Shown: positions 46,972 through 57,355, counted from the stretch's first letter. The stretch is 64,000 nucleotides of DNA from an uncultured virus (IMG/VR IMGVR_UViG_2847556114_000004) (IMGVR_UViG_2847556114_000004), one strand, 5' to 3'. Translations and numbers: made by a program. Notes: generated by a model not told the origin, from the letters alone.

Positions 46972-48345
46972 ATGTCCGCAGGAACAATTACACTCACCAA
47001 TAAATCTGCCGTTGTAAGCGGTAACGGTACGTCATTCACCACAGAGGTGGCGGCCGGTGATTTTATTGTCGTTACGGTCGGTGGTATTCCTTACACCCTC
47101 CCGGTTAAGACCGTCAACAGCAATACATCATTGACGATGGTCAGCAATTTCACCGGGCCAACGCAGTCAGGTGCGGCCTGGTATGCTGTTCCTCGTATTG
47201 CTATGAATCTGGTCACCGCTGCTGCGGTAACACAGGCTGCGGAAGCCCTGCGAGGGCTGAATTACGACAAACAGAACTGGCAACTGATATTCAGTAGTAG
47301 TGGGGATGTGACAGTAAAACTTCCCGATGGCAGTTCTTTTACCGGACCTGCATGGGGAGGTATTACCACGACACTGAGTAATATTTCTCAGGCTCTGCAA
47401 GGGAAAGCCGGGAGCGGAGAAAACTCCGATATAACCAGCATAACGGGGCTAACCACGCCGCTTAGCCTGAAGCAGGGGGGAAGTGGCTCAAATAACGCTG
47501 CCGGAGCGCGAGTAAATATACAGGCAGCAAGCATCTGGAACTCTTTGTCTTCAAATATTATTGACAAGAATATCAGTGGAGCACAGTACGCCCCTCGCTG
47601 CGGCTATTGGCAGGCAGCGGGTAATACCTGGACGCCTAAACCTTATGGCGGTCTGTTAAGCCTGAATAACTCAGGAAATGAATTAAATAATTTTACGCTC
47701 GGGCAAGTAAATCGCTGGATATTTATTGCTGATACCAATGAGATTTACCTGCGAACGACATCCAGCACTGAAAACGGAATAGTAGATACTCCCTGGATTA
47801 AACAGTGGGGCGCATCCAACACCACTATTGATGCCAACGGCGCTCTGAAACCGGCATCTCCGATTGTTAAAATATTTGGTAACGGGTCCGTGGAACTCAA
47901 TGACGAGTCAGAAGGCGTTACTGTAAAACGCGTGTCAACCGGCGTGTATTTACTATCTGGTGTTGTTGGGCTTAATGCCGATCCGCTCTGGGGCGGGATT
48001 GATGGTGGGGTAGTGATACCGACAGATATCAATAACCAGCCGCTGGTCTGGGCTGATTTCTGTGTGGAGCCAGACGGCGATATAGTGCTGAAAACGTATC
48101 ACCGGACCCACCCCGGCGCGCCGGAATTCGCGCGAAACCTGATTGGCATTAAGAATGATGATGGATCATTCACCGAAACGGTGCGGGATGGCGAGCCGGT
48201 TGATATTCCTGCAGGTCGGTGGGTTGATGTGCGTGTTCAGATGCCGGAGGACAGTCTCTGGAATCAGAAGCAACTGGCAATACGGGAGTCCATGGACAAA
48301 GCTGAGCAGGAGCACCAGCAAAAGCAGCAGGATATTCAGTCGTAA
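46972..48345 (+). CDS. Side tail fibre protein
   Basis: MSAGTITLTN...; 'GENSDITS..GLTTPLS..QGG'; 'ASPIVK...GW.DVRV.MP'. Confidence 0.8.
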   Translation: MSAGTITLTNKSAVVSGNGTSFTTEVAAGDFIVVTVGGIPYTLPVKTVNSNTSLTMVSNFTGPTQSGAAWYAVPRIAMNLVTAAAVTQAAEALRGLNYDKQNWQLIFSSSGDVTVKLPDGSSFTGPAWGGITTTLSNISQALQGKAGSGENSDITSITGLTTPLSLKQGGSGSNNAAGARVNIQAASIWNSLSSNIIDKNISGAQYAPRCGYWQAAGNTWTPKPYGGLLSLNNSGNELNNFTLGQVNRWIFIADTNEIYLRTTSSTENGIVDTPWIKQWGASNTTIDANGALKPASPIVKIFGNGSVELNDESEGVTVKRVSTGVYLLSGVVGLNADPLWGGIDGGVVIPTDINNQPLVWADFCVEPDGDIVLKTYHRTHPGAPEFARNLIGIKNDDGSFTETVRDGEPVDIPAGRWVDVRVQMPEDSLWNQKQLAIRESMDKAEQEHQQKQQDIQS

Positions 48346-48476
48346 AAGTTACAGCTGCCGCAACGCCGTATGCAAGAGCATGATTGCGGCCGACTGGCGA
48401 ACGTTCGATAGTGCGAGTATTGAATGATTGCCAGTCACGGCGGATTGTACTTAAGCAATATGACGGTTCAAGGCGT

Positions 48477-48719
48477 TTAATCTGAAACCAGCCACATATC
48501 AGCCTCTTCAAACATTTCCTGAACAGTACGGCTTATCTGTTCTTTCTCATGCTTGCTGGCGTCAGTATTGATTGCCGGCAGTGTCATCATCGGTTTAACC
48601 CGAACATCAGCATCTGGGAAAATCCTGTGAACCCTCCTGGTCAACTCGCCCAGAATGATATCTTTTGCACCGGGCAGACCATCAAAATTCCTTTTGTCAT
48701 AAACGAGTTCCACGAACAT
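48477..48719 (-). CDS. DinI/MsgA family protein
   Basis: 'MFVELVYDKRN...EL..R....FPDA.VRVKPM...MFEEAD.W'. Confidence 0.85.
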   Translation of the reverse strand: MFVELVYDKRNFDGLPGAKDIILGELTRRVHRIFPDADVRVKPMMTLPAINTDASKHEKEQISRTVQEMFEEADMWLVSD

Positions 48720-48736
48720 TACTCATTGCTCCTTTA

Positions 48737-48776
48737 CTGTACGGATATACAGTATTTATACTGTGTTTTTATCCGG
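48737..48776. promoter_or_regulatory. LexA boxes between divergent dinI-like and umuD'-like genes
   Basis: CTGTACGGATATACAG (48737..48752) and imperfect CTGTGTTTTTATCCGG (48761..48776). Confidence 0.8.
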
Positions 48777-48797
48777 TATTCAAGAGAGGGCGTAAAC

Positions 48798-49187
48798 ATG
48801 GGATTCCCTTCACCTGCGGCTGATTATGTTGAAAAAAGGATTTCCCTCGATCAGCAGCTAATCAGCCAGCCAGCAGCGACTTATTTCATGCGGGCATCGC
48901 GTTCACATTTCAGGGAAGGGATAATCCAGGGAGCGTTGCTTGTTGTGGATGCGTCACTTACTGCCTGCGATGGTTCACTGCTGATATGTGCAATCGACGG
49001 GGAATTCAGGATCAAGCGATATCGGACTCATCCTCAGCCGCACCTGGTTAATCTGGATAACGGGAGAAGGGAGGCGCTGCCAGTAGATGATGACGGTTAC
49101 AGTTCTGCACCCGCTATATTCGGGGTGATCACATACATCATTAATGATGCCAGGAATGCAGAGTTTGATGATTGCCCGGTGATGTGA
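48798..49187 (+). CDS. UmuD'-like / HumD-like S24 protein
   Basis: Starts M-GFPSPAADYVE; 'LLVVD', 'GEF..KR', 'IFGV.TYII'. Confidence 0.85.
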   Translation: MGFPSPAADYVEKRISLDQQLISQPAATYFMRASRSHFREGIIQGALLVVDASLTACDGSLLICAIDGEFRIKRYRTHPQPHLVNLDNGRREALPVDDDGYSSAPAIFGVITYIINDARNAEFDDCPVM

Positions 49188-49574
49188 GCACATCACTGTT
49201 AAGTGAAGTATGAAGTGGGGTTACGTGGTTGAGGTTAATTATCATTTCTGTCTGGATTGTTAGACAAACCAATCCCTACTTTTACCGCAGCGAACAACAT
49301 GATGCACAGAGTGGTAATCACGGCAAATACCAATGAGAGACTAGTAATCATAGGGCTTCTTAATGTCAGATGAATTCTATTGTCAGACAACTGTATAGAG
49401 AAAAGGTTCCTGGCAATTATCGTGCTTGCTACTCAAGAGGATATTACAATCCGATAGATCGTAGTTGGCTGGTGATCTGTCGATAGTTTCACCCCAATAA
49501 TTCCCCGGAGTTTCCCCGTTCAGAAAACAGGCATAAAAAAACCAGCCGTAACAGGCTAGTTCTTAAGGGATTTT

Positions 49575-49629
49575 TGGTCGGCACGAGAGGATTTGAACCT
49601 CCGACCCCCGACACCCCATGACGGTGCGC
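49575..49629 (-). pseudogene. 3' 55-nt fragment of tRNA-Pro(GGG) (proL-type)
   Basis: Reverse complement GCGCACCGTCATGGGGTGTCGGGGGTCGGAGGTTCAAATCCTCTCGTGCCGACCA; 5' acceptor strand and most of the D arm absent. Confidence 0.9.
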
Positions 49630-49703
49630 AACCATTTCAATGGCAGCTATGTGCCAGGAGCGGACGTTATGAAAAGAGTAATGAGTAATTTCGAGTAGTG
49701 GCA

Positions 49704-49967
49704 TTAGTACTCAAATGAAGCACCAGTCATAGCTTTTAAAAACTTACAAAGGTCATCCCCTGCATCCTCAATAGTATGAAAACTAACAGAGTCTACACAT
49801 CCCGATTCACGCTCATTAAGACGCGCAATGAATAGCGGTGTTGGATCTTGTCCTGTTAGGCTTCTGAACCTGACAGCATCAACACGCCAGCGATACATTT
49901 CTCCATATCGCTGTACTCCCCTGATGCCTGTACTGGTGTTTTTCGTGGCTTTAATAGAAATTGGCAT
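49704..49967 (-). CDS. Hypothetical protein
   Basis: 87-aa ORF with AGGT RBS-like site. Confidence 0.45.
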   Translation of the reverse strand: MPISIKATKNTSTGIRGVQRYGEMYRWRVDAVRFRSLTGQDPTPLFIARLNERESGCVDSVSFHTIEDAGDDLCKFLKAMTGASFEY

Positions 49968-50150
49968 AACAGATTACCTATGAGCTGAAATGACAGCCAT
50001 GGCTGCATAGTTGTCGTAGAATTTTACAGAAACTACTTAATCGCTACAGCTTTAATAACCATATTTATTGTCGCTAGCTGCTGTGATTTCATTCCACAGG
50101 AAATGGCCGCCCCTCGCTCAAAGCAGACGTTTTTCCTGCCGCATCGTACA

Positions 50151-50822
50151 TTAACGCATAGTTTGTATTAACTCTGGTCCTTGATTTTTCACATTCCCAA
50201 CTGCACGCGTCACGGCGTGCCATATAAATTTATCAGCCGGCACGGAACCATCGGCCGCAATTTCCGCAGCTTCTTTCCCTCCAACGTCCTGCCTCATCCA
50301 TTCGCGAGCGGCTTCTGGTGACAGTACCAGTGGCCGCCTGTCGTGAATATCTACCAGTCCTTTGTCGGCCGCAGCTGTCACTATCAGGAAACCTTCCGCT
50401 TCATCTCCACGTTCGAATGGTGTGCTGCCGATCGCCGCCATGAATATCGGCTGGCCATCGGCTCGATGAATGAAGTAGGGCTGCTTTTTGTCTGCTTCTT
50501 TTTTCCATTCATACCAGCCATCAGCAAAACAAATTGCACGACCATGCTGCCAGAGTGGTTTCAACATTCTGCTGGTGGCCGCAGTTTCAGATCGTGCGTT
50601 AATCAATGGCGGTTTATCCCACCATCCCGGGTCGTATCCCCAAATGACAGGGTCAAGATGCAACTGCTCGTCACGTTCGCTCAGCAGCAGAACTCTGGTG
50701 CCTGGAGCGACGTTGAATCGTCCAATCGGTTCGGGATCGTATGGAATGTCGCGTTCGGCTTCTTCGGCGAGCAGGGCGAGATAGTCCTCTCGTGTCATTG
50801 ACTGTGAAAAACGTCCACACAT
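50151..50822 (-). CDS. SRAP family (YedK/HMCES-like) abasic-site protection protein
   Basis: MCGRF start with GGAGG RBS, 'INARSET', 'GWYEW', 'IHDRRP'. Confidence 0.92.
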   Translation of the reverse strand: MCGRFSQSMTREDYLALLAEEAERDIPYDPEPIGRFNVAPGTRVLLLSERDEQLHLDPVIWGYDPGWWDKPPLINARSETAATSRMLKPLWQHGRAICFADGWYEWKKEADKKQPYFIHRADGQPIFMAAIGSTPFERGDEAEGFLIVTAAADKGLVDIHDRRPLVLSPEAAREWMRQDVGGKEAAEIAADGSVPADKFIWHAVTRAVGNVKNQGPELIQTMR

Positions 50823-51125
50823 AGAAACCTCCAGCCAGATGTCAGACTGAAAGTATAGGGCAGAGAAAAAAGAGGTGCGCACCGGTAATGATTTAAAAGG
50901 AATTTGTAAGGTAAATCGGAATGATGGTTTTGTGAATTGATGAATTCTTAAAAATGGATGGGCGCTCGTTGAAAGCGATCCCGAATTTTTCCCGACGACG
51001 CCACGAAACCAATAGCAACTGATTGATCTTGAACGGGTGCAATAGTAAGTATCAGGAGGTGTTTTTTAGTGGGTTTTTGATGTTAACTTATTGAATTTTA
51101 TAGGTTGTTGCGTTTTGAGTTGTAA

Positions 51126-51155
51126 ACAGGAATCGTATTCGGTCTCTTTTTATCT
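51126..51155 (+). other. att core at the prophage 1 / prophage 2 junction (attP-like)
   Basis: Second core copy without the upstream sdsR sequence; ccga/cacgaaa repeats on both sides (~50980-51008 and ~51187-51214). Confidence 0.85.
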
Positions 51156-51228
51156 ATCTGTTTTCATTGGGTTTTTTCGGTGCTTTCACGAAATCCCACG
51201 AAAATTACTCGAAATTTCCATATCCTGT

Positions 51229-52314
51229 CTAAACCATAACATATTCTGCACCGCGTGCGTCCAGGTATTTTTTGGTCATTGTTAAATTTTTATGCCCCAG
51301 CAGTCTCTGTGCGAAATCCTCTCCGCGCTCTCTTTCATAGAGTCTGCTCGCCAAGCTCCTGATCTCATGGAACGGGGGAGGGTTGGGGCCAAACTTTAAC
51401 TCTGTGGAATCCCTGATATCAGAAAATGCTTGGGTGATTCCGTCCGGGGTTAACGGACCTGGCTTCCTGCCGCCACGCCTTACCGCAGAATAAAGCATGA
51501 AGTCTGACGGGTTGTTTTTACGACAACGGTCGATAATATCCTGCAGCACCAAATCAGCAGAGTCCAGTCGCAAATCAAGTGGCAACGCCAATTTGTGACC
51601 TGTCTTTTCCTGCGTCACAAACAACCTTCCATCCCTGATATCGCTGAATCTGAACAACGATACGTCCTCTCTTCTCTGCCCGGTGACCAGCGCCAGGTCA
51701 CATGCATTTGCAGCCCATCCAGAATGAGCGGTTGCGGCATCCCTTATTATCTCAAACTGCTCGAGTAAAAGACGCTCACGCTTAACTTTTGGCGTCGGCG
51801 TTCTTGTCGGCTCTGCCGGGTTCCTTTCAATATGTCCCTCGACGATCGCCTCCCTGAAAATATCCAACAATACCGAACGCAGGCCTGAGGCCATACTCTT
51901 CTTATCGCAGAGTATGTAACTCTCCAGGAAAGTAGATACATCCTTCGTGCTGACCGACGATAGCAGCATACGTCCGAATTCATCACTGATAGTGGCGATC
52001 TGATTGCGCCTGACCTTCATCGTGTTGGGCTTCAATTCTCTTCGCTCAAGAATTACTTCGTAGCGCTCGAGCCACGCTTTAACCGTAAACGTTGGTGTTT
52101 CCTTTATGCGGTCAAGCAGCGCTGACGGAAGGTAATTTTGGTCGATGTAGTTGTTGGCCTCGATGGCCTGAGAAATGGCGTCCTTTCTGTCGATCCGGCC
52201 AAGAGATAATTCTTGACCGGTAATCGGGTTTCGCCAGCTATAAAGCCTGTCTCTTTTACGATAGGTCAGGTTACGGGGCAGGTTAGCGTCGTAACGTACT
52301 GGCCTTTTCGCCAT
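51229..52314 (-). CDS. int: Tyrosine integrase, same protein as 676..1761
   Basis: Identical translation at offset 50553. Confidence 0.95.
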   Translation of the reverse strand: MAKRPVRYDANLPRNLTYRKRDRLYSWRNPITGQELSLGRIDRKDAISQAIEANNYIDQNYLPSALLDRIKETPTFTVKAWLERYEVILERRELKPNTMKVRRNQIATISDEFGRMLLSSVSTKDVSTFLESYILCDKKSMASGLRSVLLDIFREAIVEGHIERNPAEPTRTPTPKVKRERLLLEQFEIIRDAATAHSGWAANACDLALVTGQRREDVSLFRFSDIRDGRLFVTQEKTGHKLALPLDLRLDSADLVLQDIIDRCRKNNPSDFMLYSAVRRGGRKPGPLTPDGITQAFSDIRDSTELKFGPNPPPFHEIRSLASRLYERERGEDFAQRLLGHKNLTMTKKYLDARGAEYVMV

Positions 52315-52555
52315 GAGTCAGTCTCTCCAGTAGAGTGCCGCCAGTTGGCAGCGCTAAGCGTTTTGATTTGGGACGAAGGTTCTTTTTGCTCGGATCCACA
52401 TAGATGGCGTCAGGCTGAACCTTATATTCTTTTCCGTGAAGTTCCGGAGCAGGGTAAATGCGCCCCTCCCGCGCCCAGCGGCGAAGTGTTGAAAGAGACG
52501 GCGGGGTTGAATAAGTCGAATTCGCCCATTCCTGCAGATTAAGAAGCTTGGCCAT
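52283..52555 (-). CDS. xis: Excisionase
   Basis: Identical to 1730..2002. Confidence 0.9.
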   Translation of the reverse strand: MAKLLNLQEWANSTYSTPPSLSTLRRWAREGRIYPAPELHGKEYKVQPDAIYVDPSKKNLRPKSKRLALPTGGTLLERLTHGEKASTLRR

Positions 52556-52618
52556 ACTACCTCCGGATCCGGCAACTCATTATAGAGCTGCCGGAAAACT
52601 GTTAATGAAATATCGTTA

Positions 52619-52861
52619 TCAAGAAACCTGACCCGGCAGTGCGCGCAGCCGGCGCATACCTGTCATCGCCGTGGCCACGTAGCTGGCCTTGCGGTTCACT
52701 ACTTCTACCCAGACCTTCACGCCTTCAACTCTCACCGTGTACGTCTCTTTCATCTTGCTACGCCCGTAGTCGCCGTAGCGTTGCTGGTGGGTAGCCAGTG
52801 CGATGTCGCATGCCTGGCGTGCTAATGGGGATTGCTGATTTCCGCGGTTAATTAGTCGCAT
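52619..52861 (-). CDS. DUF4060-like protein
   Basis: Identical to 2066..2308. Confidence 0.65.
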   Translation of the reverse strand: MRLINRGNQQSPLARQACDIALATHQQRYGDYGRSKMKETYTVRVEGVKVWVEVVNRKASYVATAMTGMRRLRALPGQVS

Positions 52862-53051
52862 GGTCACCGCCTTCTGGGTTGGATGGTTGACGGAAAACCG
52901 CTCGGGATGGCGACCAGTCGCAATATGCATCGGTTTCGGTATGCCCGAAAATTGCCTTACAGCGACGGATATGGGCGCAGTCGCCGCAGGTCTTACCCTT
53001 CGGGAGTTGCATTTTGTCGGGGTCTGCCGGGTTATAATTCAGCTCAGTCAT
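52848..53051 (-). CDS. Small Cys-rich phage protein
   Basis: Identical to 2295..2498. Confidence 0.6.
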   Translation of the reverse strand: MTELNYNPADPDKMQLPKGKTCGDCAHIRRCKAIFGHTETDAYCDWSPSRAVFRQPSNPEGGDHATN

Positions 53052-53388
53052 TCCAGGCCTCCAGCTCGTTCTGAATCTCTTCGTCGATCTCGTCGTTGCT
53101 GGCATCTTCATTGAGGTAGCTCAACGCTTCTTTTCGGTACTGCTTACGACGTTGGTCATACCAGGCAGAGAACGCAGGTGACCAACCGCGACCATTACCT
53201 TGAAAATCAACCAGAGCGTTGTCCTCAGCCATACGCTCAACCATGCAGTCGGCAGTTGTCAGGGCGCATTCCCGGATGTAACCGCGGAGGTGGTGTTTGC
53301 GCCACCAAGGACTTACTTTCGAGTCGCAACGGCCTTTGAACTCAATTTCCCAGCGACGGATGCAGCGCGCGTTTAAAGATTTACTCAT
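53044..53388 (-). CDS. Hypothetical phage protein
   Basis: Identical to 2491..2835. Confidence 0.65.
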   Translation of the reverse strand: MSKSLNARCIRRWEIEFKGRCDSKVSPWWRKHHLRGYIRECALTTADCMVERMAEDNALVDFQGNGRGWSPAFSAWYDQRRKQYRKEALSYLNEDASNDEIDEEIQNELEAWND

Positions 53389-53422
53389 ATCGTTACCGGG
53401 AGGACGAACCCTCCCGCCTCCC

Positions 53423-54514
53423 TTAGGCCACGTATTCCGGTTTCATATCCGCCAGGGTGATGCTGAACTGATCGTGCAGCTCGTCGCCCATGTGACGCTT
53501 ATTGGTTGCCAGCACTCGCTCAACTTCGGCGAATCGTTCTGCTGCGCCCGGTTCATCCGGAGACGGCAGGGAGTTGATCGCGGCTTCAACCTTGTTACGT
53601 GAATCAACCAGGTAGTAGCGCTTCACCGCTTTGTTCTTCAGTTCGGTGAACAGGGCAGAACCGAGCGTGACCTTCGCGCTTTCGATATCAGCGCGCAGTG
53701 CTTTGGCGCTATCAACATCCTGTGCAGCATCGATGCGTTCGCGGAAATCATCGGCCAGTGAGCCGATATTTACCGATGATTCCTGTGCGCTTTGCGTAGT
53801 TGTGACGGTGTCACCTGCGATTTCAGCAACGCTCATTCGTTGGGCTGAGCCAGGGTTAATAACTTTTTCTTCTCGTTCTTCGACTTCATCGGCACTGTAA
53901 ACACCAAGAATCACATCAGGGCAGTACAAGCGAGCCCAGCGCTTTACCGCGAGATAAGCGAGCTGCTGACGCGGATCACTTGCCCATAGTGTCGAATTAC
54001 GAACCTGAGCCTGAGAAAGCATGAGTACCAGTTCGCGTGGCTCATCCTCGCCTTTCATCGTTGCCCACACACGAATTCCTACACCGGCCTCATCCTTTAA
54101 ATCCCAACCGGGCGCGATGTACTTATTGCCTTTAGAACTGGTTCTCTCTACAAATCGACCAATGATGTTTTCCCATGGTCCAAACCAATCGTAATGAAGG
54201 CGATCTTTTGTAGGCGACATGTTGGTAACAACCGCATTAACCAGTTGAGCTTCGTAACCCAATACTCCGCTATTACCGACGATGTGGGTCTTCTGAGCTA
54301 CGGCAAACGGGTCCATACCCCATCGTGCGGCCTGCATGACCACAGCCATGCAGGCATCTGGTTTTCCGCGGAAGTGGTCAGGTACAAAAGCGCCACTATT
54401 TGCCATCACTGTCGACAAGGTGCGTAGGCGGTCGAAAAGTTCCCCATTAGTCAAAATTGAGATGTTATCGATCATTTGCGTCTTGTTTTCGTTGGTAGTA
54501 ATTGCAGTAGACAT
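53423..54514 (-). CDS. recT: RecT-family protein
   Basis: Identical to 2870..3961. Confidence 0.85.
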   Translation of the reverse strand: MSTAITTNENKTQMIDNISILTNGELFDRLRTLSTVMANSGAFVPDHFRGKPDACMAVVMQAARWGMDPFAVAQKTHIVGNSGVLGYEAQLVNAVVTNMSPTKDRLHYDWFGPWENIIGRFVERTSSKGNKYIAPGWDLKDEAGVGIRVWATMKGEDEPRELVLMLSQAQVRNSTLWASDPRQQLAYLAVKRWARLYCPDVILGVYSADEVEEREEKVINPGSAQRMSVAEIAGDTVTTTQSAQESSVNIGSLADDFRERIDAAQDVDSAKALRADIESAKVTLGSALFTELKNKAVKRYYLVDSRNKVEAAINSLPSPDEPGAAERFAEVERVLATNKRHMGDELHDQFSITLADMKPEYVA

Positions 54515-54526
54515 GTTCTTTTCCCC

Positions 54527-57355
54527 TTATGCCTGAGTACGCAGCGCTTCAAGGCGGCGCAGGTCGAAGTCGTTCAGTTCGTCGGTGTAATCAGCGGTGA
54601 TCGGCGCTGGCCATTCGCCAGTGTCAAAGCCGGTAGCGATAGCGCGCATCGCCTTGCGGTACTCGAGCATGCCCAGTTCCAGCAGTTCGGCGGATGCCTC
54701 GATGATGGCGATCCAGTGATAGTTCTCGTCTTTGTTGACGAAAATCCAGAAGAACTGGTCCAATGCTGCGGTCTCGCAATACATGGCGGCGCTCAGGTGG
54801 TAATCACGGTCGATGATTTCCCGGTGCAGTTTGGCGCGCAAACCTTCCTGTTTAATGTTCCACATGCTGATGGTTTTCAGGTCGGCACCGATGCGAACGC
54901 CGTCCAGGTCGATCTCCAGATCAGGACGAACGCGGACTTCCAGACCGGTTTCGTCGTCAAAGCCAAAGTAGCTCACCTCAACAGCGCGGCTCGGATGCTG
55001 AAGCAGCATGCCTGCAGTTGGGTGTTGGAGCAGGGCTTTCTGAATGGCCAGTGCGGTGCTCAGTTGCTGACGGGTGACCAGCACTTTTCCTTGCGGATTC
55101 TCGCGCCAAGCATCCAGCAATTCGTCGGCGAAGACGGCGTCCGGATTAACAGACTTCACGGCCTGTATCAGGTCTGATTTGGTACCGGACACTTTCAGTG
55201 GTTGGGGCTTCTGCGCCTCCTGTGCAACCAAGTCAGGATTGATGATTGCCAGTTGCTCGAGCAGCGCGTCACGGCTACCGCTGGTTTTCACCTGCGGCGG
55301 CAGGGTGGCGTTGTATTCTTTGATGCAGGCTTTCATCGCCGCTGCGGTCTGTTTCTGGTCCGCTTCGATCCGCTGGTACTCTTCGGGCAGAGACATGTAG
55401 CTCTGGCCAGTTTCCTCGACGGACCCACCCAGTGGCACCTGAGCAGGCAGAGTGGTGTTGTATTCTTCCAGCAACGCTTTGATATCGTCGGCGCTCAATT
55501 GCGCTGGCAGGCTGGCGTTGTACTCATCGATAAACGCGCGGATTGTTGCCGTTGTGGTGAACGCGCCTTCCGGGATCATCGGTTCAACGCTGAACTCTTC
55601 ATCGAGCTGCTCTGGCTGCAACGCAAGGCCGTGCACCAGGTTACCCATGTCCAGTACCGGAGAACGCTCTTTGGTGATCGTTTTGGCGACGTGGCGCGCG
55701 TTGAAGTACATCAGGCTGACGCGGGCATCTTTTACCTGCGTGCTGCTGATCCCGTTCGCTGCGTGATAAACCTCGTTCGGCAGCCCTTCATAGCGGCCAG
55801 GCTCGAAGTAGGCGGGATAAACAACAGCCGGTTCGTCAGATTGTGCTTCTGGCTCGGTTTGTGCCGCAACTGGTTCGGCTTGGTTTACAGAATCGCTATT
55901 TTGGACGACAGAGTCCGCATTCTGGTTTACATCGGCTTGCTGGCCGGTATGTGACTCTTCACCAGTTTCCAGACTGCTTTCGCCTGGCTGCACTTCATTA
56001 CCAGCCTGTTCTTCATCACTGAAAGTTTCTTCCATCTGCACATTGCTGGTGGTTTCCTCTTTAACTGGTGAACGGTCATCTTTTTGTTGGTCGTTTGATG
56101 CGAGGTCTTCTGTGATCCATTTCGGGTCTGTAGGGTCACTAATCCCCTCAACATATTCGCCGCGGGAAGCTGCAAGAATTTTGTTTACCTCTTCAGCCGT
56201 TACTTTTTCCTGTTTCATAGGTACAGGCATAGACGAACGACCGCAGGCTATATCAACGAGCAACGGATCTGGGTTTGTGTGGTCGGTTTCCGTCAGTACT
56301 CTATTCAAATATTCTTGGTGTTTTACAGGATCAGCATAAAGCCCCTCTGGTGTGGTTTTTACTGTTGCAATGATGCAGGCACGTGAGTAGTCCAGGCCAC
56401 CAGGAATTGAAACGAATCTCTCTCGAGTCGCCAGCCATTCGGGATCGTCCATCTTATTCATGATGGAGTTTGCCTGTAGTTCTATATCCAGAGGGACGTT
56501 GTAAATATCAAATTCGCGGTCACGGGCACGTAACGCCAGAGCAATCTCATGCTCCAGACCGAGAATGGTTTGCGGGAATTTTCGGTCAGAGACAATGCCG
56601 CCGCCGGCGTTCGCACCTGAAGGTGTGCGATTAATGGTTGTTACACGATTGCCTTTCTGCCATTCCTTGACCAGCAGGCCGCGATCGATGTATTCAGTTT
56701 TGAACCACACCGTCAGGAACTGGATAACTGTTGCCAGCTCCGGTTTCTTACCGTCGACAGGGAAGACTTTCTTAACGGCATTCACGACTTTATGAATATC
56801 GTGCTCAATGGCTTTTTTGAATGCTTCCACATTCTCAGCTGCCAGCAGCAAGTTCTGGACGTACGCGTCATCGGTGTCCATCTCAAGGCGGACAATCTCA
56901 TTTTTCTGCGCGGCATCGACGTGATAGAGGTATTCACCATCACCGATGAACTGAGCCAGTACGCGCTGACGGAATGGCAGGGTGGCAACAACGGTCAGAT
57001 TCGGTTGCTCTGCCTGCTGAGATTCTTCTGCGGCGCTGTCTTCAGTATCCGCGTCGTCGACAGACTCATCTTCAGCCTGTTGTTTAACATTCCAGGTGCG
57101 CTGGTCTTCGGCAAGTTCGTAACGATCGCACCAGGTGAAATCAACTTCACCTTCTTCCGGAAGGTCATCAACAACCGGGAAATCAGTGCGAATTGGTTTG
57201 GCGTAGTCCTTGCCACGGCCCGTTTCGATGCCAGCATCTTCCAGCGCAACATCCAGCATCAGATTGGCGCGAGCCTCGGTTTTCGCAGTGAACCAGACCA
57301 CTGCATCTTGCTTTCCGGATTTCTGAGTGGCTTTAACCACATTAAAGAATTCCAT
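54527..57355 (-). CDS. recE: RecE-family exonuclease VIII
   Basis: Same as 3974..6802 except patch 55349..55865. Confidence 0.9.
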   Translation of the reverse strand: MEFFNVVKATQKSGKQDAVVWFTAKTEARANLMLDVALEDAGIETGRGKDYAKPIRTDFPVVDDLPEEGEVDFTWCDRYELAEDQRTWNVKQQAEDESVDDADTEDSAAEESQQAEQPNLTVVATLPFRQRVLAQFIGDGEYLYHVDAAQKNEIVRLEMDTDDAYVQNLLLAAENVEAFKKAIEHDIHKVVNAVKKVFPVDGKKPELATVIQFLTVWFKTEYIDRGLLVKEWQKGNRVTTINRTPSGANAGGGIVSDRKFPQTILGLEHEIALALRARDREFDIYNVPLDIELQANSIMNKMDDPEWLATRERFVSIPGGLDYSRACIIATVKTTPEGLYADPVKHQEYLNRVLTETDHTNPDPLLVDIACGRSSMPVPMKQEKVTAEEVNKILAASRGEYVEGISDPTDPKWITEDLASNDQQKDDRSPVKEETTSNVQMEETFSDEEQAGNEVQPGESSLETGEESHTGQQADVNQNADSVVQNSDSVNQAEPVAAQTEPEAQSDEPAVVYPAYFEPGRYEGLPNEVYHAANGISSTQVKDARVSLMYFNARHVAKTITKERSPVLDMGNLVHGLALQPEQLDEEFSVEPMIPEGAFTTTATIRAFIDEYNASLPAQLSADDIKALLEEYNTTLPAQVPLGGSVEETGQSYMSLPEEYQRIEADQKQTAAAMKACIKEYNATLPPQVKTSGSRDALLEQLAIINPDLVAQEAQKPQPLKVSGTKSDLIQAVKSVNPDAVFADELLDAWRENPQGKVLVTRQQLSTALAIQKALLQHPTAGMLLQHPSRAVEVSYFGFDDETGLEVRVRPDLEIDLDGVRIGADLKTISMWNIKQEGLRAKLHREIIDRDYHLSAAMYCETAALDQFFWIFVNKDENYHWIAIIEASAELLELGMLEYRKAMRAIATGFDTGEWPAPITADYTDELNDFDLRRLEALRTQA

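Noticed and set aside
43254..48345. Diversity-generating retroelement or invertible tail-fibre cassette
   Set aside because: No reverse transcriptase, invertase or template/variable repeat pair seen.
49575..49629. Functional phage tRNA
   Set aside because: 5' acceptor strand and most of the D arm are missing.
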